Assembly: GCA_038087875.1 (NCBI GenBank)
Contig: CM075998.1
Coordinates: forward strand, 434,001 to 498,000
Source of the DNA: Malacoraja senta
Lineage: Eukaryota
DNA: 64,000 nucleotides
Direction of reading: 5' to 3'
The notes under the pieces were generated by a model. The model had not been told where the DNA came from. It did no database searches and was given only the letters and a program-made list of their open reading frames with translations. This document shows positions 61,980 to 64,000 of this stretch, one piece after another (within the stretch, counting starts at the first letter, position 1; every line of letters begins with the position of its first letter). The translations under genes and the position numbers were made by a program.

Positions 61980-64000
61980 AGTTATAAAATATCAGAAGTA
62001 TTAATTTCCAGTTCCCATCCTGTAAAATAAAATAAAAAGCAGTAACTTGCAGATTCCTGCAAATACATCAGAAGGAGTAATTTCCCTTATTGGACCAAGA
62101 AGGATTCATTTGAAGCTGAAGAAGGGTCTCGACCTGAAACGTCACCCATTCCTTCTCTCCAGAGATGCTGCCTGTCCTGCTGAGTTACTCCAGCATTTTG
62201 TATCTATCTTAGGATTCATTTTCATAGTCACTAAAATATCAGTAACAGCCATATGCTGCTTATAGTCCATCCATTGTCAGAGCCTGTGATTTTCCTGCCA
62301 TTTGTCCACAAAGTAGTTCACACTAGATTACAAGCAACAAGCAACCATTTCCATTTTAAATATCAGCAGGATAATATTTAGTCAGCAGCAGCAGCAAGAA
62401 TCCGAACATTTCCAGCAACTACAGGTCTTTTTGCTTAAGAAGTGGTAATTTCTTGCTTATAGTCCATAAAATAGCAGAAGTAATTGCTAATCTGGGTTAC
62501 ATCAAATACCGTGTGGTACGTTTCTGTTTGAGGTACCTTATATGCAGTAACTTCTAGCCTATAATATAGAAAATATCAAGAGCAGTAACCTCCAATCAAT
62601 AGCCTATTAGAATTTGTAATTTGCAGATTACTGCAAATAAAATATCAGAAGTAACAATGTCCACATTGTTTACCTAAGTTAAAATAAGCAATTGTTTTCT
62701 GCTGATTGCCCATAAAATATTACAAGCAGGAGTTTCCAGTGTAGACCCCATGATATCTCTGACGTATCTCATTATTGCACATTAAAAATAAATTATCTTC
62801 AAGCCCATTAAATATCAGATCATGAGCCTAACATTTTCTGAAATAACAGAAACAGAATATTTTGTCAAGTTTAGAAAACATTTGAAGCAGTAATTGACAG
62901 TCTGTAATCCATAAAATCTCAGGCAGTTATTTGTAATCTAAAGTCCATAAAATAACCCAAGCTGTTTCTACTCTGCACATAAAAAAATCCAATATAGTAG
63001 TTTCCTTGAAAGTACCTTACAAAACCAGCATGTTCAGGCACATAATATCAAAAGCAGTAACTTCCAGTCGATAGCTAAAATATCACACCAGTAATTTCTT
63101 GGAGTCCTTCATCTATAAAATATCAGAAGCAATAATTTCAGTTTATAGCCTATTTCAGGAGGAGTTATTTCCTGCTTCTCATCCATTAAATATCAGTAGT
63201 AATTTCCAGAGTATAATTTAGAAACCTTTCTGCTATCAGAGGTAGTATTTCCAATCTACAATCAACTAATTAATTGTCTTTAACGTTCATTCTATAGAAC
63301 ATGATAGAATTGAAGCTGTGATTTCTTGTCTGTGAATCCATGAAATAATTGATAATGATCCCTAGATAGAAGATAGAACACCAGAAGCTGGAATTTCTAC
63401 TCCATAGTTAGTATAATATCAGAACGAACAATGTCCAGTATGCAGTACATAACATATAAAAAACAATTATTGACAGTGCATTCTGTGTAATATCAGAAAC
63501 AGCAATTTTCCATTAAGTATGAAAAGCATTAATGCTCAACCCAAAGACCTGAAACAGTAATGTCCAATAATAGTCCATGAAATGTCAGAAGTATCAATTT
63601 CCAAATTACAGTCCACAAAATACAAACATTTCCACATTTAGGGTATTCCTTGGATTGAAGTTTGGAATTCTAAGTAACAGTCCACACAATATCAGAAGCA
63701 CCTGTGCACTAATTCAACATCCATCCAGTATCAACAGCAGTAATTTCTAGTCTGTGATCAATAAATGATCAGAAGCATTTATTTTCAGTAGAGAGTTGGT
63801 AAAATATGTCAATGTTCCATTCAATCTGTACCACATAATGGGTAATCTATAGTCTGTATAGCATCAGAAACTATTTCCCATCCATTGTCTGAATTGCTGG
63901 ATGCAGTACATTCCATGCATTGTCCAGGAAATGCTACAAGCATCAATTTCTGTCCTGTGGTCGGTAAAACACAAGTTGAAGCATAAAATATCAGAGACAG
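61980..64000. repeat. Highly degenerate tandem array, consensus ~AGTCCATAAAATATCAGAAGCAGTAATTTCCAGT
   Basis: Dozens of diverged ~40-50 bp units (e.g. near 61983, 62461, 62636, 62709, 62909, 63040, 63115, 63183, 63572, 63680, 63983); runs off the window end. Confidence 0.85.
62112..62210 (+). mobile_element. Single-arm Penelope-derived repeat with near-intact hammerhead core in GDF11 intron 1
   Basis: 11-bp TSD AGGATTCATTT (62101-62111 / 62211-62221); CTGAAGAAGGGTCTCGACCTGAAACGTC at 62116-62143. Confidence 0.85.

Overview
Eukaryotic vertebrate genomic DNA. The repeat content suggests a cartilaginous fish, probably a skate or ray (inference). Four spliced protein-coding genes are reconstructed from GT-AG exons. 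NEMP1 (+): seven exons through the stop; the 5' exons were not found and are presumed upstream. DNAJC14 (+): CpG promoter at ~14.2-14.7 kb, six coding exons, one cut by a 200-N gap. ORMDL2 (-): complete, 153 aa. A GDF11/myostatin-family gene (+): exon 1 only, best called GDF11. Introns and intergenic DNA hold CR1 and Rex1/Babar LINE fragments, Penelope GIY-YIG fragments, V-SINE and Deu-SINE relics, a Tc1-type MITE and a Helitron. Main highlights: (1) about 20 copies of a short Penelope-derived element, often fold-back and several with 9-17 bp target-site duplications, whose consensus carries a minimal hammerhead-ribozyme core (CTGAAGA-A-GGGT-CTCG-ACCC-GAAA-CGTC); (2) a myostatin-type TATA promoter on the GDF11-locus gene; (3) GDF11 inverted relative to the human order, with no SARNP beside ORMDL2; (4) a 2-kb degenerate array with CCATAAAA motifs in GDF11 intron 1; (5) large intronic hairpins. 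All homology statements come from recalled sequences; no database search was run.
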